Virus record (IMG/VR): IMGVR_UViG_3300033067_001904
Span: 1-58,857 of that record
Strand: one strand, 5' to 3'
Source: a virus
Lineage: Duplodnaviria; Caudoviricetes
Length of the DNA: 58,857 nt
Shown: positions 44,736-54,600 of the stretch, piece after piece
Numbering within the stretch: the stretch's first letter is position 1
How the letters are laid out: the number at the start of each line of letters is the position of its first letter
Notes under the pieces: generated by a model
Seen by the model: the letters and a program-made list of their open reading frames with translations, nothing else
What the model was told of the DNA's origin: nothing
Database searches by the model: none
Translations under genes and position numbers: made by a program

Positions 44736-45908
44736 TTACACGTTGCTGCGCTGAATCACCAGCGTAGAACTGTCGTGGATGGTGGAACCGGCCTTCAGCA
44801 AGGCTTGGAAGGGGAACTGCACGATCACGCCGCCATCGGGGCCGACGGTCTTGCTGGCACCCGTGAACTTCACGCGATTGATCGCCACGCACATGAAGTC
44901 GGTGGAGCCAGCGGCGTCCAGTTGGGCCACGATATCGATCTCTTCCTCGTTCAAGAACACGTTCATGAAGTTCTCGTTCTCGAGGAACACGCTCACGTTG
45001 CCCGTCACCACGGTGCGACCGTAGAAGATTTCCGGCACGATCGGCGAACCCACAACGGGTTGGCTCGAGAGGTTGTTCTGCACTTGGAAGTCCAGCCCGG
45101 TCACGATCGCGCTGGCCGCGCCATCGATGAAGAGCGAGCCGTTCAAGCCAGCCAGAATGCCGGTCGTGGTTTCGGTCGTGGGGCTTGCGAAGAAGGGCGC
45201 CGATGGCGCGGACAGGTTCTGGCCGTCTTGGCCTTGGAAGTCGAGGCCGATGGTTGCCATGCCGGTGGGGGGCAGGCCCATGCTCATCGAGGCCACACGG
45301 CAACCGAGGAACAACTCGCTGAAGTCGCTGTCGGGGTAGTTTTGCTCGATGGTGAAGGAGCGCTTCTGCACGCCGGTCGCCACCTTCTTGCCAGCGACGG
45401 CAATGGTGAACGTGGACTGCGAGGTCATCGCGGCAGGGGTGGGGTACACGCCCATGTTGGTGGCCGTGAGCGAGGTGATGCGGAAGTTCTTGCCCACGTT
45501 GGCGTGGGAGAAGCCGCTCAGGCGCACCACATCACCGATCTTGAAGCCTTGGGTGATGAAGCTGCCGCCACCAGCCACGAAGGCCGAGCCGCTCACGGTG
45601 AGCGAGGTGAGTTGCGTGTTCGAGGCGGTGCCGCCCGTGGCCCACGTGCCGCGCAGGGAGGCCTCGATGAAGGCATCCCATGTCTGGGTGCTCAGTTCGC
45701 CCTGAATGCCACCGGCAACACGGCGCACGCCGTGGCGGGCATCGAACACCTGTTGGTCGGTGCGAACCTCGTTCGAGGTGAACACATCCTTGGACAGGTT
45801 CAGGGAAGACGACACACGGCGCAGGGCTTGTGCGCCTGTGCCAGCGGTACCGAAGACGGTTTCAGGTGCGTACCGTACCGATACGTTTACGTTTGATTGC
45901 AAGGGCAT
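44736..45908 (-). CDS. Major tail tube protein
   Basis: Y.PET.FG, SNEVR.D.Q....RHG...V.G.I..EL, SFTIE. Confidence 0.9.
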   Translation of the reverse strand: MPLQSNVNVSVRYAPETVFGTAGTGAQALRRVSSSLNLSKDVFTSNEVRTDQQVFDARHGVRRVAGGIQGELSTQTWDAFIEASLRGTWATGGTASNTQLTSLTVSGSAFVAGGGSFITQGFKIGDVVRLSGFSHANVGKNFRITSLTATNMGVYPTPAAMTSQSTFTIAVAGKKVATGVQKRSFTIEQNYPDSDFSELFLGCRVASMSMGLPPTGMATIGLDFQGQDGQNLSAPSAPFFASPTTETTTGILAGLNGSLFIDGAASAIVTGLDFQVQNNLSSQPVVGSPIVPEIFYGRTVVTGNVSVFLENENFMNVFLNEEEIDIVAQLDAAGSTDFMCVAINRVKFTGASKTVGPDGGVIVQFPFQALLKAGSTIHDSSTLVIQRSNV

Positions 45909-45954
45909 GATGCTCTCCTAAGTTGATGTTTCCCGCAAAGCGGATCGGCTTTCT

Positions 45955-46371
45955 TTACCTGCCCGTGTACGCCACCACTGTGATGATCACCGCGCAGTTG
46001 ATCCAATCCGGCTCTTGCACCAGAGGCGCACGCTCGGCTTGCATCACAACTGCGGTTGAAGCACCGTGAGCCAGCGAAGAGCCGGGGCTGAATTTGTCCA
46101 TGATTTTCGCCGCCATCACATCGACGCCGATCGTTCCATCGTCTGCGGGGTAGTGCAGCGTGAAGTTGCCGGTGCAGGTGTGGGCGATCGTGCCGCCGAT
46201 GCCGGTGGCCCGGGGCACGGATGAAATCGGGCGAAACTGTTCGCTCACGTAGGCGCGGCCCTTGGTGGGCTGATACTTGCGGCCCTCCCAATGCTGCTCA
46301 GGCAAACCGTTGATCTCGAGCAAGGCGGCTCGGAAGGCGGCTCTCAGGTCGGCGTGTACGGTGAGCGTCAT
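45955..46371 (-). CDS. Tail terminator protein
   Basis: MTLTVHADL; WEG..Y.P; lies directly before the tube gene. Confidence 0.75.
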   Translation of the reverse strand: MTLTVHADLRAAFRAALLEINGLPEQHWEGRKYQPTKGRAYVSEQFRPISSVPRATGIGGTIAHTCTGNFTLHYPADDGTIGVDVMAAKIMDKFSPGSSLAHGASTAVVMQAERAPLVQEPDWINCAVIITVVAYTGR

Positions 46372-46802
46372 TTGATCCCCAACTCGTTTGCGGTCTTGCT
46401 CACGATCTGGGGCCAGCGCTTCGCGTTGTCCGTCACCATGAACCGGCCATTCATCTTTGTGGTGCCGAACTCCACGTGCAGGGCGTACTTGGCGTTGTTC
46501 GTCAGGTAGAACATTTCGCCGAGTTTCATGTCCGTGATCGTCACGCCAATCGAGGCCAAAGCCTTCGCGGCGGCGGCAGAAGCGCCGGAACCGGCCACGC
46601 CGAACTCCTTGCCGCTGCCCGCCTTGGGGGTGCCGATCGAGGGTTGCCACGAAGAGCGCAGGAACCCCGTGTCAACCGGGGTGTCAACCACCACCTGAAA
46701 GCACATTTGCTGGATCGATTGGCGGGCCAGCCCATCAAGCTGGTCGCCAGCCTTCGCGGCCCACGCGCCCAGCTTTGCCTTGAACTCGCGCCCGTTCGCC
46801 AT
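46368..46802 (-). CDS. HK97 gp10-like tail completion protein
   Basis: TPVDTG.LR.SW, NN.KYA..VEFGT. Confidence 0.88.
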   Translation of the reverse strand: MANGREFKAKLGAWAAKAGDQLDGLARQSIQQMCFQVVVDTPVDTGFLRSSWQPSIGTPKAGSGKEFGVAGSGASAAAAKALASIGVTITDMKLGEMFYLTNNAKYALHVEFGTTKMNGRFMVTDNAKRWPQIVSKTANELGIK

Positions 46803-47176
46803 TACCGCTCCCCGAACACGGTGTAGATCACCGCGCCGTCAGCGGCGGGGTTGATCGGGGAGGCGTGGCGCACCGTCCAGTTGCGGCCAGCCCATGCGAT
46901 CTGATCGCCGGGTTCTGGCTCGAACTTGGGGGTGCTCTTGTGGGCGAGGGTGAACTGAAGCCCGTTGCTCACGCTCAGGGTGCCGCCGTCGTACTCCACG
47001 GCCTTGCCCATCGGCAGGCCGATGCCAACGAAGGTTTCGGTGAGGCGGGTCTTGGTTTCTTCCTGCGTGACGGGATCGAAGCCCTTGGAGTGGCGCAGGC
47101 GCGTGACCACCACGGGTGCGCCCTTGGCGGCGAGCAACCCGTAGGCGGTGGACTGAAGGCCTGCAAACTTGCCCAT
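46802..47176 (-). CDS. Head closure/head-tail joining protein
   Basis: FDP.T, P.PGD.I, V.....INP pattern and position. Confidence 0.75.
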   Translation of the reverse strand: MGKFAGLQSTAYGLLAAKGAPVVVTRLRHSKGFDPVTQEETKTRLTETFVGIGLPMGKAVEYDGGTLSVSNGLQFTLAHKSTPKFEPEPGDQIAWAGRNWTVRHASPINPAADGAVIYTVFGER

Positions 47177-47179
47177 GCC

Positions 47180-47761
47180 TTACACCTGCCCCAGCAAGCC
47201 AGCGGGATCGAGCGGCGCGGTGCCGGGGTTGTCCATGAGGCCGGTTTGGAAGTAGGGCTTCGATTCCTCGGCCCCGAAGAACGGCACGCCGCGCACCTCG
47301 GGGTCGCGCACGTAAGGCTTGAGCAAGTTCCACGCGAACTGCCACACGGTGCCGGTCGGGGCATCGTCGGCATACGTGACCGACACGGGGCCAACGGATT
47401 CGCTCTTGGTTTTGCCGCCCCGGTTCTGATCCACGTACAGGTCAGAGGTGAGGGCCTTGAAGGTGAGTTCCGCGCACGCATCCTTCACCCGCTTGGGTAG
47501 GCCTTGAATGTCGTAGCCCGACCAGTCGATCAGGTTGATGCGGGGGAACTCGAGGGCTTGGTTGGGCAGCTTGCGGTTGCCCTTGAAGCGAAACTGAGAG
47601 TCAACGTAGCCGCTCGCGAGGCGCAGCTTTTGCTCGATCAGAGCGTCGGAGGCGGTGGAGTAGTCGTACCCACGGCCATCGGCGTAGGCTTTGAACTGAG
47701 CCACGGTGATGTAGCTTTCGGCCTCAGTTTGGCCGGTGCCGTCCTCCACGATCAGAGCCAT
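47180..47761 (-). CDS. Head-tail adaptor (often annotated DnaT-like)
   Basis: MALIVEDGTG...AESY, Q.LEFPR, E.VGP..V.Y. Confidence 0.85.
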   Translation of the reverse strand: MALIVEDGTGQTEAESYITVAQFKAYADGRGYDYSTASDALIEQKLRLASGYVDSQFRFKGNRKLPNQALEFPRINLIDWSGYDIQGLPKRVKDACAELTFKALTSDLYVDQNRGGKTKSESVGPVSVTYADDAPTGTVWQFAWNLLKPYVRDPEVRGVPFFGAEESKPYFQTGLMDNPGTAPLDPAGLLGQV

Positions 47762-47769
47762 CGTTCACC

Positions 47770-48204
47770 TCACTTCACCAGCTTGTGAGCCTCATCCTTG
47801 GAATGAGGCCCGGAAATTTCTTTGCCTTCTGCATCGATCACGAAGTACCGGCCAAAGCCACGGTAATCGACGCTCAGGGCGCTTTTGCTTGCCTCGGTGG
47901 GGGTTGCATCCACCTTCGGCGCTTCGGCCTTCTGGGCCTTCGCTTCGGCCTTCTGGGCCGGTGCTTTCTTGGGTGCCGGTGCAACCGGGGCCTCATCCAG
48001 AATCGCTTCGATCATTCGGCTGTCGTACATCTGGCGCAAACGGCGCGTCTCGATGCCAGCCTTGTCGATCGGCATTCCCAGCGTGTACTCGATCCCCTGC
48101 ATCACGAATGCGCGGGTGGCTCGGAACTCATAGGAAGGCGAAAACGGGAGTCGGTTGTAACGGTCTTGCATGGGCAGCTTTCGAATGAAGGGCGTGGCGC
48201 TCAT
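47770..48204 (-). CDS. Hypothetical protein after capsid
   Basis: ORF with A/P/K-rich linker between capsid and adaptor. Confidence 0.7.
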   Translation of the reverse strand: MSATPFIRKLPMQDRYNRLPFSPSYEFRATRAFVMQGIEYTLGMPIDKAGIETRRLRQMYDSRMIEAILDEAPVAPAPKKAPAQKAEAKAQKAEAPKVDATPTEASKSALSVDYRGFGRYFVIDAEGKEISGPHSKDEAHKLVK

Positions 48205-48251
48205 AGGCCACAAGGGCAGGGGCCGAAGCCCCCGCCATTGATGCTCATCGC

Positions 48252-49238
48252 TTAGGCGACGATGCCGCTGAAGAACTGGCCCAGATCAGCCGACACCAGC
48301 TTCTGATCGAAGCACATGTCGATCTCGATGCGGTCTGCGCCGAGTTGTTCCATGCGGAAGGACTTGATGCGGTTGCCTTCGCCACCAGCGCCCAGCAGGC
48401 CCGTCCAAGAGAACGTGTAGCCAGCGGTGGGGGTCATCAAGCCGGGAGCGGTCGCGGCGTGGCACAGCAGAGCGTTCTTGCCGCCGATGAAGGAGTGCGA
48501 AGCCGCAGCACCTTCCTTGGCGGTGTTCTCCACTGCGTTCATCACCAGAATCTCGTCCACCTTGAACAGGGAAGCCAGATCGTTGGTGGAGGTGTTGGCA
48601 ACACCACCAGCGGTTTGGCCGTACTTCAGGCGGTCGATGATATCGGGGTGATCCAGCAGCGCGTCGTACACGGCGCGGCCCAGAACCAGCTTGTTTGGCT
48701 CGAAGCCAGTGCGCTCGGCGATGGAGCGCTTGGCAGCACGAACCGATTCGATCGGGGTGCTGTTGGCATCGTTCCATTGCAGGACGTTCGCGCCGGAAGG
48801 GTTGGACGACACGCCTGTGTAGTCCACGCCCCACAGGCCGGATTGGAAGAACTTCTGCACGAAGAGCTTCTCGCGCTTGATCAGTGCCTTGTGGGTCACG
48901 TAGGCGGTGGCCTCACGATCGGGGTTCAGCACTGCATCGGCGTTGGCACGCACTTCGTCGGGGATATCCTTGTGGAAGGAGAACCGGTTGGCGAAGTAGG
49001 TGGGCGTGTTGTCGAGCTTGTAGCCGCCGCCAACGGATTCGGTGGCGGGAGCACGCTCGGCCATCTCATCGCGGTTGAAGTCGCCACGCTCGTACACGTA
49101 GTAGCGATCGCTTTGCTTCGTGACCGGGATGTTGGGGAACACACGGCTCGAAACGAAGTTCGCTGCGTTTTGCAGGAAGGCGATGCTGATGTTGGTCAGC
49201 GGGGTGTTGACGTGGACGTCACCGGGGGTGGGGTTCAT
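48252..49238 (-). CDS. Major capsid protein
   Basis: HV..PLTNIS.A, FP.IPV.KQSD.Y, PN.LVLG..V...L..HP.I; AAGGAG RBS. Confidence 0.92.
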   Translation of the reverse strand: MNPTPGDVHVNTPLTNISIAFLQNAANFVSSRVFPNIPVTKQSDRYYVYERGDFNRDEMAERAPATESVGGGYKLDNTPTYFANRFSFHKDIPDEVRANADAVLNPDREATAYVTHKALIKREKLFVQKFFQSGLWGVDYTGVSSNPSGANVLQWNDANSTPIESVRAAKRSIAERTGFEPNKLVLGRAVYDALLDHPDIIDRLKYGQTAGGVANTSTNDLASLFKVDEILVMNAVENTAKEGAAASHSFIGGKNALLCHAATAPGLMTPTAGYTFSWTGLLGAGGEGNRIKSFRMEQLGADRIEIDMCFDQKLVSADLGQFFSGIVA

Positions 49239-49266
49239 GTTTCGATCTCCTTAAACAGTTGATCCA

Positions 49267-49644
49267 TTACGCCAGAGCGACGAATGGGTAAGCGTGAACG
49301 AGGATCGAAACGATCTCGCCGGAAGCGCCACCGCTCAGGGCCACGCCGATCACGGAATCGCCAGCGGATGCAGCGGCAACGATCTCGCCAGAGGCGTTCG
49401 AAGTCACGCGAGCGCCTGCGGCAACGGTGCCACCCAGCTTGCCCTTGGACACGCCACCGAAGGCGATGTTCGCGGTTTGGCCTGCGGCAGGGTTGTTTTG
49501 CACGATGCCGATCACTTGATCGTCAGCGTCTGCGATGGCAGCTTTGCCAGCGCTGTTCACGCCAACGGCGCAGAACTGCTTTGCGCTCAGGTCGCCAGCG
49601 GCAACCAGAGACAGGCAGTGGTGGGAAACGTTTTGGTAAGCCAT
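49267..49644 (-). CDS. Capsid cement/decoration protein (DUF2190-like)
   Basis: Gly/Ala-rich, VIGI...AG, G.V.AG..V.S.A.G, IGVAL. Confidence 0.85.
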   Translation of the reverse strand: MAYQNVSHHCLSLVAAGDLSAKQFCAVGVNSAGKAAIADADDQVIGIVQNNPAAGQTANIAFGGVSKGKLGGTVAAGARVTSNASGEIVAAASAGDSVIGVALSGGASGEIVSILVHAYPFVALA

Positions 49645-49672
49645 TTGAGTGCTCTCCTAAGTGGGGTGGGGG

Positions 49673-50491
49673 TTAGGCCGAGCGACGCTTGGTCACGTAT
49701 GCGGTGTAGAGCGTAGGGTTTTGCTCCACGGCCTTCGCATAGGCTTGTTCCTTGGTCAGCTTGCCTTCGGCAGCTTTCTCGATCTCGTCGGCTTTGGCCT
49801 TCAGCATTGCTTCGGGTTCGCCATCGACGGCGGTATCGGAACCCAAGGCTTTGAACAGAGCGGCGGTTTGACCCTGCGCGTTCGCGGCTTTGAGCATGTT
49901 TTCCAGAGTGGCGGCGTCATCCATCGTTGTGGTGCCCTTGGCAACACGCAGCAGCAGACCACCCACTTTGTCGGCATCGGTAGCGCCCAGAGACTTCGCC
50001 TTGGCGATGTACTCGGCGGCTTCCTGTGCGGCTTTGGCCTTTGCAACTTCCTCTTGAGCGGCCTTGGCGATGGCTTCGGCGTCCTCGAGGCGTTTGCGAA
50101 TGGCTTCAGGCAGGCCCTTCATCACTTCCTCATCGGAAGGGGGATTGGCTGCTTTGTTGATTTCCGCGATCTGATCGTCTTTCGACTTGATCACTTCCTC
50201 GGCATCCTTGAGCGAGGCTTCTGCGTCACTGGCACGCTTTTCCAGAGCGGCCAGTTTGGCTTCAGCATCTTCAAGAGCCTTGGAGAGGGTTTCAATGTCC
50301 ATCTCGAACTCCTTGATTGAAGCCGCAGCCATAGCGGCTGCGTCTGGATTGCTGGGGTCAAAGCCCCCCTGCGCGGCTTGGCCGGTATGGCCGGATTTCG
50401 CTTTGACGATCACCACGCGAGCATCCTCGTTGGCACCATCGTCAACGAGGCTGATCTCTTCGATCGTCATTTCTGTGAGGTTTTGCGGCAT
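49673..50491 (-). CDS. Scaffold protein carrying an N-terminal protease strand
   Basis: MPQNL...IEEISLVDDGAN, then a long coiled coil with many hydrophobic-x-K-A motifs. Confidence 0.85.
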   Translation of the reverse strand: MPQNLTEMTIEEISLVDDGANEDARVVIVKAKSGHTGQAAQGGFDPSNPDAAAMAAASIKEFEMDIETLSKALEDAEAKLAALEKRASDAEASLKDAEEVIKSKDDQIAEINKAANPPSDEEVMKGLPEAIRKRLEDAEAIAKAAQEEVAKAKAAQEAAEYIAKAKSLGATDADKVGGLLLRVAKGTTTMDDAATLENMLKAANAQGQTAALFKALGSDTAVDGEPEAMLKAKADEIEKAAEGKLTKEQAYAKAVEQNPTLYTAYVTKRRSA

Positions 50492-50886
50492 CACTGCTCC
50501 ACTTTGGTTCGACGGCCTCGGCCACCGATGCTGAATGCGCGGAATTTGCCTTCACGCACACCCTTGCGGATTTCTGGTGAGTGAACCTTCATGCCGATCC
50601 ACCACCCTCGCTTGCCGTCGGAGATGCCCACTGCTTTGGCGAATTCGTCGTCGATGATCACGCTTTCAACAACATCACCGACCTGTTGTCCTGCGTGCAT
50701 CGCCTTCGCCACTCGGGCATCGTTGATGAACTTGTGAGCCGCTTTTCGCAACTCGTCCATCGAAATTATGTCGCCCTGCGTATCGGTGACCGGCGAGCCA
50801 TCCACCGAGATCACGCTGGCCCAGCCGCGCACATAGCTGCCGTCGCCGTCGGCTTTTGCGAATTCGAATGTGCAGTTGAAGTCCAT
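50491..50886 (-). CDS. XkdF-like prohead serine protease core
   Basis: V.GWASV, D.QGD.I...EL.KAA..F, MH, VVES, GWWIG, FSIGG. Confidence 0.88.
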   Translation of the reverse strand: MDFNCTFEFAKADGDGSYVRGWASVISVDGSPVTDTQGDIISMDELRKAAHKFINDARVAKAMHAGQQVGDVVESVIIDDEFAKAVGISDGKRGWWIGMKVHSPEIRKGVREGKFRAFSIGGRGRRTKVEQ

Positions 50887-50940
50887 GCGTTCCCTTGAAA
50901 CGATTGCCGGGATTCTCAGGGAGCGGTGAACTGGCGACGG

Positions 50941-50980
50941 AAAAGAAAACGCCCCGGCCTTCGTGGGGCAGGGGCGTTTC
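50941..50980 (-). terminator. Terminator closing the effector/partner unit
   Basis: GAAACGCCCC...GGGGCGTTTT-CTTTT on minus. Confidence 0.8.
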
Positions 50981-51077
50981 GGGGGTTGGATCAGCCCTGT
51001 GCTGGGCTTAGGATCAACCGGGCGACATTAGGGGAGGCCGGTGATACGTTTGTGATAACGTCCGTATGGGTTACGGC

Positions 51078-51605
51078 TCACTCGGCCTCGGGGTCTTCAC
51101 TTTCAGCGGGCAGGCCCAGCAAGGTGATCACGGCATCTTCGACCAGTGCATCGGTCTGGAACTGCACCACATCATCCTCGGCCTCTTCCTCTTCGTGCGC
51201 CTTGGCGATCTTCATCATGTCGGCAGCGAGCCGCAGGAAGAGCGCTTCGCACGCATCGTCCTTGTCGCCTGCGCCTTCGTAGTTGGCCGCGATGTGGGCA
51301 CCCAGCCCCTCGGGGGAGTTCCAAGGCGATGCCGCATAGGCTGAATCACCGCCCATGAAGATCGTGGCGTAGCGCTTGGCTGCGGCCTGCATCTTGGCCT
51401 TGGCCTGCTCGGGCGTGAGGCGTTCCTCATGGATCGCCACCCGGGCCTCGAGGCACTCGGTAAGGAACTGCCGCACAAGGGCCTCCACAACCTCGGCTGA
51501 GGCGAGTTGCTGGCCGTCTTGGGCGAAATACTCGAAGCCTTGTTCTCGGCCTCGGTCTGCGGCTCGCTCGGGGGAGCCTTCAATGGTGCGTGGATCGATA
51601 GTCAT
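51078..51605 (-). CDS. Acidic helical protein, candidate immunity/antitoxin
   Basis: Directly downstream of the ART domain; operator at 51613-51628; followed by a terminator. Confidence 0.7.
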   Translation of the reverse strand: MTIDPRTIEGSPERAADRGREQGFEYFAQDGQQLASAEVVEALVRQFLTECLEARVAIHEERLTPEQAKAKMQAAAKRYATIFMGGDSAYAASPWNSPEGLGAHIAANYEGAGDKDDACEALFLRLAADMMKIAKAHEEEEAEDDVVQFQTDALVEDAVITLLGLPAESEDPEAE

Positions 51606-51660
51606 GGCGCGATGTTACTCCCGTGATATTCCTGTGAAAAGTCCCTTTTGCGTCAGGTAC

Positions 51661-54600
51661 TTACGAACCAATTCCCAATTCGCCCGGGGGCAGCATGAGC
51701 ACGGTGATCTCCATGCGCGTGCCGCTTCCGCTCTTGCCCGGTACCTCTTCGACCTTCTGGATCAGGAAGCGTGAGTTGGGCAGCGTGGTGATCTCCTTCT
51801 CGGAGGCGAAGCCACCAGAGCCGAAGCTGTCCACGGCCTTCGCGCCCTTGGCGTACACGATGTTGATCCGGTGCGGCCCGAAGTGCTGGGTGGCCGTGGG
51901 CGACATGGAGGTACACATCGAGCCGGTGGCCTGAAACACGGTGCCCGGGCCTGCCTGCTTGATCTTGTTGATCATGTCGGCGCTCATGTGCTGCCAGCGA
52001 TGCACGGTCGTGCCCTCGGGCTTCTCTTGCGCGTACTCGAGCGCGGCCTTTGCCACATCGGCCAGCTTGTGCCCGTTGTGGTCGGTGGCTTTGCCGTCGC
52101 GGAAGAGATCGTTGTAGGAGCCGGAGGCTTGGATGCCGTTGATGAAGGCCTTGGCGAGCTTGTTCGTCTTGGTCTTCTCGGTGTAATCCACGTAGGCCTG
52201 CTTCACCGCCGCCTCGGACACCGACATGGTTTTCTTCGGCATGAAGCGCTCGGGTTGCGCCACCTTGCCCAAAGCCACCCAGAAGCCGAGCTTCTCGTTG
52301 GCCTTCACCTTGTTCACGGTCGTGCCGAACTTCTTCCCCGGCATGGCCGCATCGATATCGGCGAGGCTCTTGGCCGTCGTCGCATCGAACTGCTTCAGAG
52401 GCTGAGGCGGGTAGGCCACCTCGCGCATCACCACAAGGCAGGCGTCGAAGTACGCCTTCAAGTCCTTGGCGGGGTGATCGGAGATGTGCTTCTGGCCCAC
52501 CACCTTGCCGGTTTCCTTGTCCAGCACATCGAACGTCATCGCGGCCAGTTCGTGATAGTTCCCGGCGAGGAACTTCGATTGAACGAGGTTGGCGAGCGTG
52601 TTGTTCTGTTGGTTCACGTGCGCCTTGGACGATTTGTCGAACAAGGGCTTTGGCGGGTTGGAGACGTTGCTCATATCGAGCTTCGTCATGTCGGGCTTGC
52701 CGCCCACCGTAGCTGGGTGAGGCTGCGGCTGCGGCTGCTTCACGGCCACCGTGGCTTGGCGCAACTGTTGAACCGTGGCCCCGCCCGTGAGGGCCGAGTT
52801 GGAGTTCTTGGTTTGGCCGGTGGCGACGACGGCAGAAGAACCCAACGCCTTCAAGGCGCTGTTGGCAAGCGCCACCTGCTTCTTCGCATAGGTGTTCGTG
52901 CCGTAGGCCAGCGCCGCGATCCCGGCTGCGTCGCCCTTGGCGGCGAGCGAGGAAATCAGGTCGACCTTTGCGTTGTGCGAAGTTGCGTTGGAGTTGCTCG
53001 AGGGCAGCTTGTACGCATCGAAGTTCGGCATGGCCGGATTCGGTGCCTTCGCCTCCTTCGGCTTGGGCGGGTTCACCACCGGCTCGCTGATCGCTTTCTG
53101 CGCGGCCTGCGCGGTCGCCACCGTGGTTGCGGCGGTCGTGCCCTCGAGCGAAGCGATGAGGCCCGCATAGTGGCCTTGCAGGAGCTTCGAATTTGGAGAG
53201 GTGTGGCTGGTGAAGTATTTGCCGTTCTTAGGATCGGCGGCGAGCGCCTTCAAGCCTGCGAGGTCGCCCTGCGCGTGCAACGCACCAGCCTTGTCGGCCA
53301 ACGCGCCGTAGAACTTGGTCACGTTCTCGCTCGAGGCCTTGAACTCGGGCTTCTTCACGCCCTCGGGGTTCCCGAAGAGTGTGGTGAGGAAATCTGGCGA
53401 ACTCTCGGCAATCTTCTTCGCGTCGGCGGCGATCTTGCCCTTGAGGTTGGCGATGTGATCGGTGGCGTTGGCCCACACCTCGGATGCGTTGTCGAGATCG
53501 GCCTCGTTCTTCGCCAGATTCAAGTTCATCTTGGCCGTGGCTGCGGCAAGCCCGAGGCCAGCCATATCGCCCTTGTCGGCAGCGAGTTGCACTGCGGCGG
53601 CGAGCGTCTTGTGATGCTCGGCGGCGTCCTTGGAGAGCTTTGGCGGGAGGATTTTGTAGGTATCGGCCTTGACGTTTTCAACGATCTTCTTTCCGGCCTC
53701 GGACAACGCATCCACGGTCTCTTTGATCTTGGCCTGTACGGCTGGATCGGCCTTCGATGGCTTGGAGGCTGCGGGCGTGGCCTGCGGGGCAGGGGCGCTC
53801 ACGGCGGCGGGAACCTTCAAACCTGTCTTGGCGAGGATGGCGTCGCGGCGTGCGATCAAGTTCTCTGCGAGCGCGGCTTTGGCCTTGGCATCGCCCGGGC
53901 CGTAGGTGTTCACCAGCTTGGTGATCGTCGCGTCGTCAATCTGCGCGAGCTTCTGTGCGCTGGCTGCGAGTTGCTCCTTCGTCATCGAGCCGAAAACCTT
54001 CATCTGCTCGGATGTGGTCACCCGCATCGATTCGAACTCGGGCGCGGTGGCATCGAGCACACCGTTCACCACGCCGTGCATCAAGCCCTTCGGTTGGCCT
54101 TGAGCGCGGAAGAGCAAGGCACCACCCGGATCGATGTTGATGGCCTTGCCATCCTTCACCACGGTGTTGTCGAAGCCCATGCCCAGAACGTCGTAGTTCG
54201 CGAGCCACGCATTGACGGCGAAATCGGCTTGGGCTGCGGCCACGTGCGCCGGGTTGGTGGGGTTGAAGGCTGCGGCACCGGACACCATGAGCGAGGCCAC
54301 GCCCAGCCCGCCGCCGTGCTCCTTGCCCAGATCGACCAGCCCCATCGTCGGAGCGCCCACGCCTGCGGCGATCAGCAACTTCGAAGAGAGCACCTCGTTC
54401 TTGGCCCGGTCGTCGCTCACGGCGAGCGTCACCGCGCCGGTTTGCAGTTGCTTGTTGCCCTTCACAAGGTAGATGCTGTTCGGCTCGTCCGGGTGTTTGT
54501 AGAGCGCACCGGGGTTCGAGCCACCGGGCTTCGCGCCCACTTGCTTGAACTCGGAGAGCTTCACCGGCCCTTGGATCGCATCGGCGCTGGCCGAGGCCTT

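Noticed and set aside
47180-47761. DnaT replication protein
   Set aside because: Its position among neck genes indicates a head-tail adaptor
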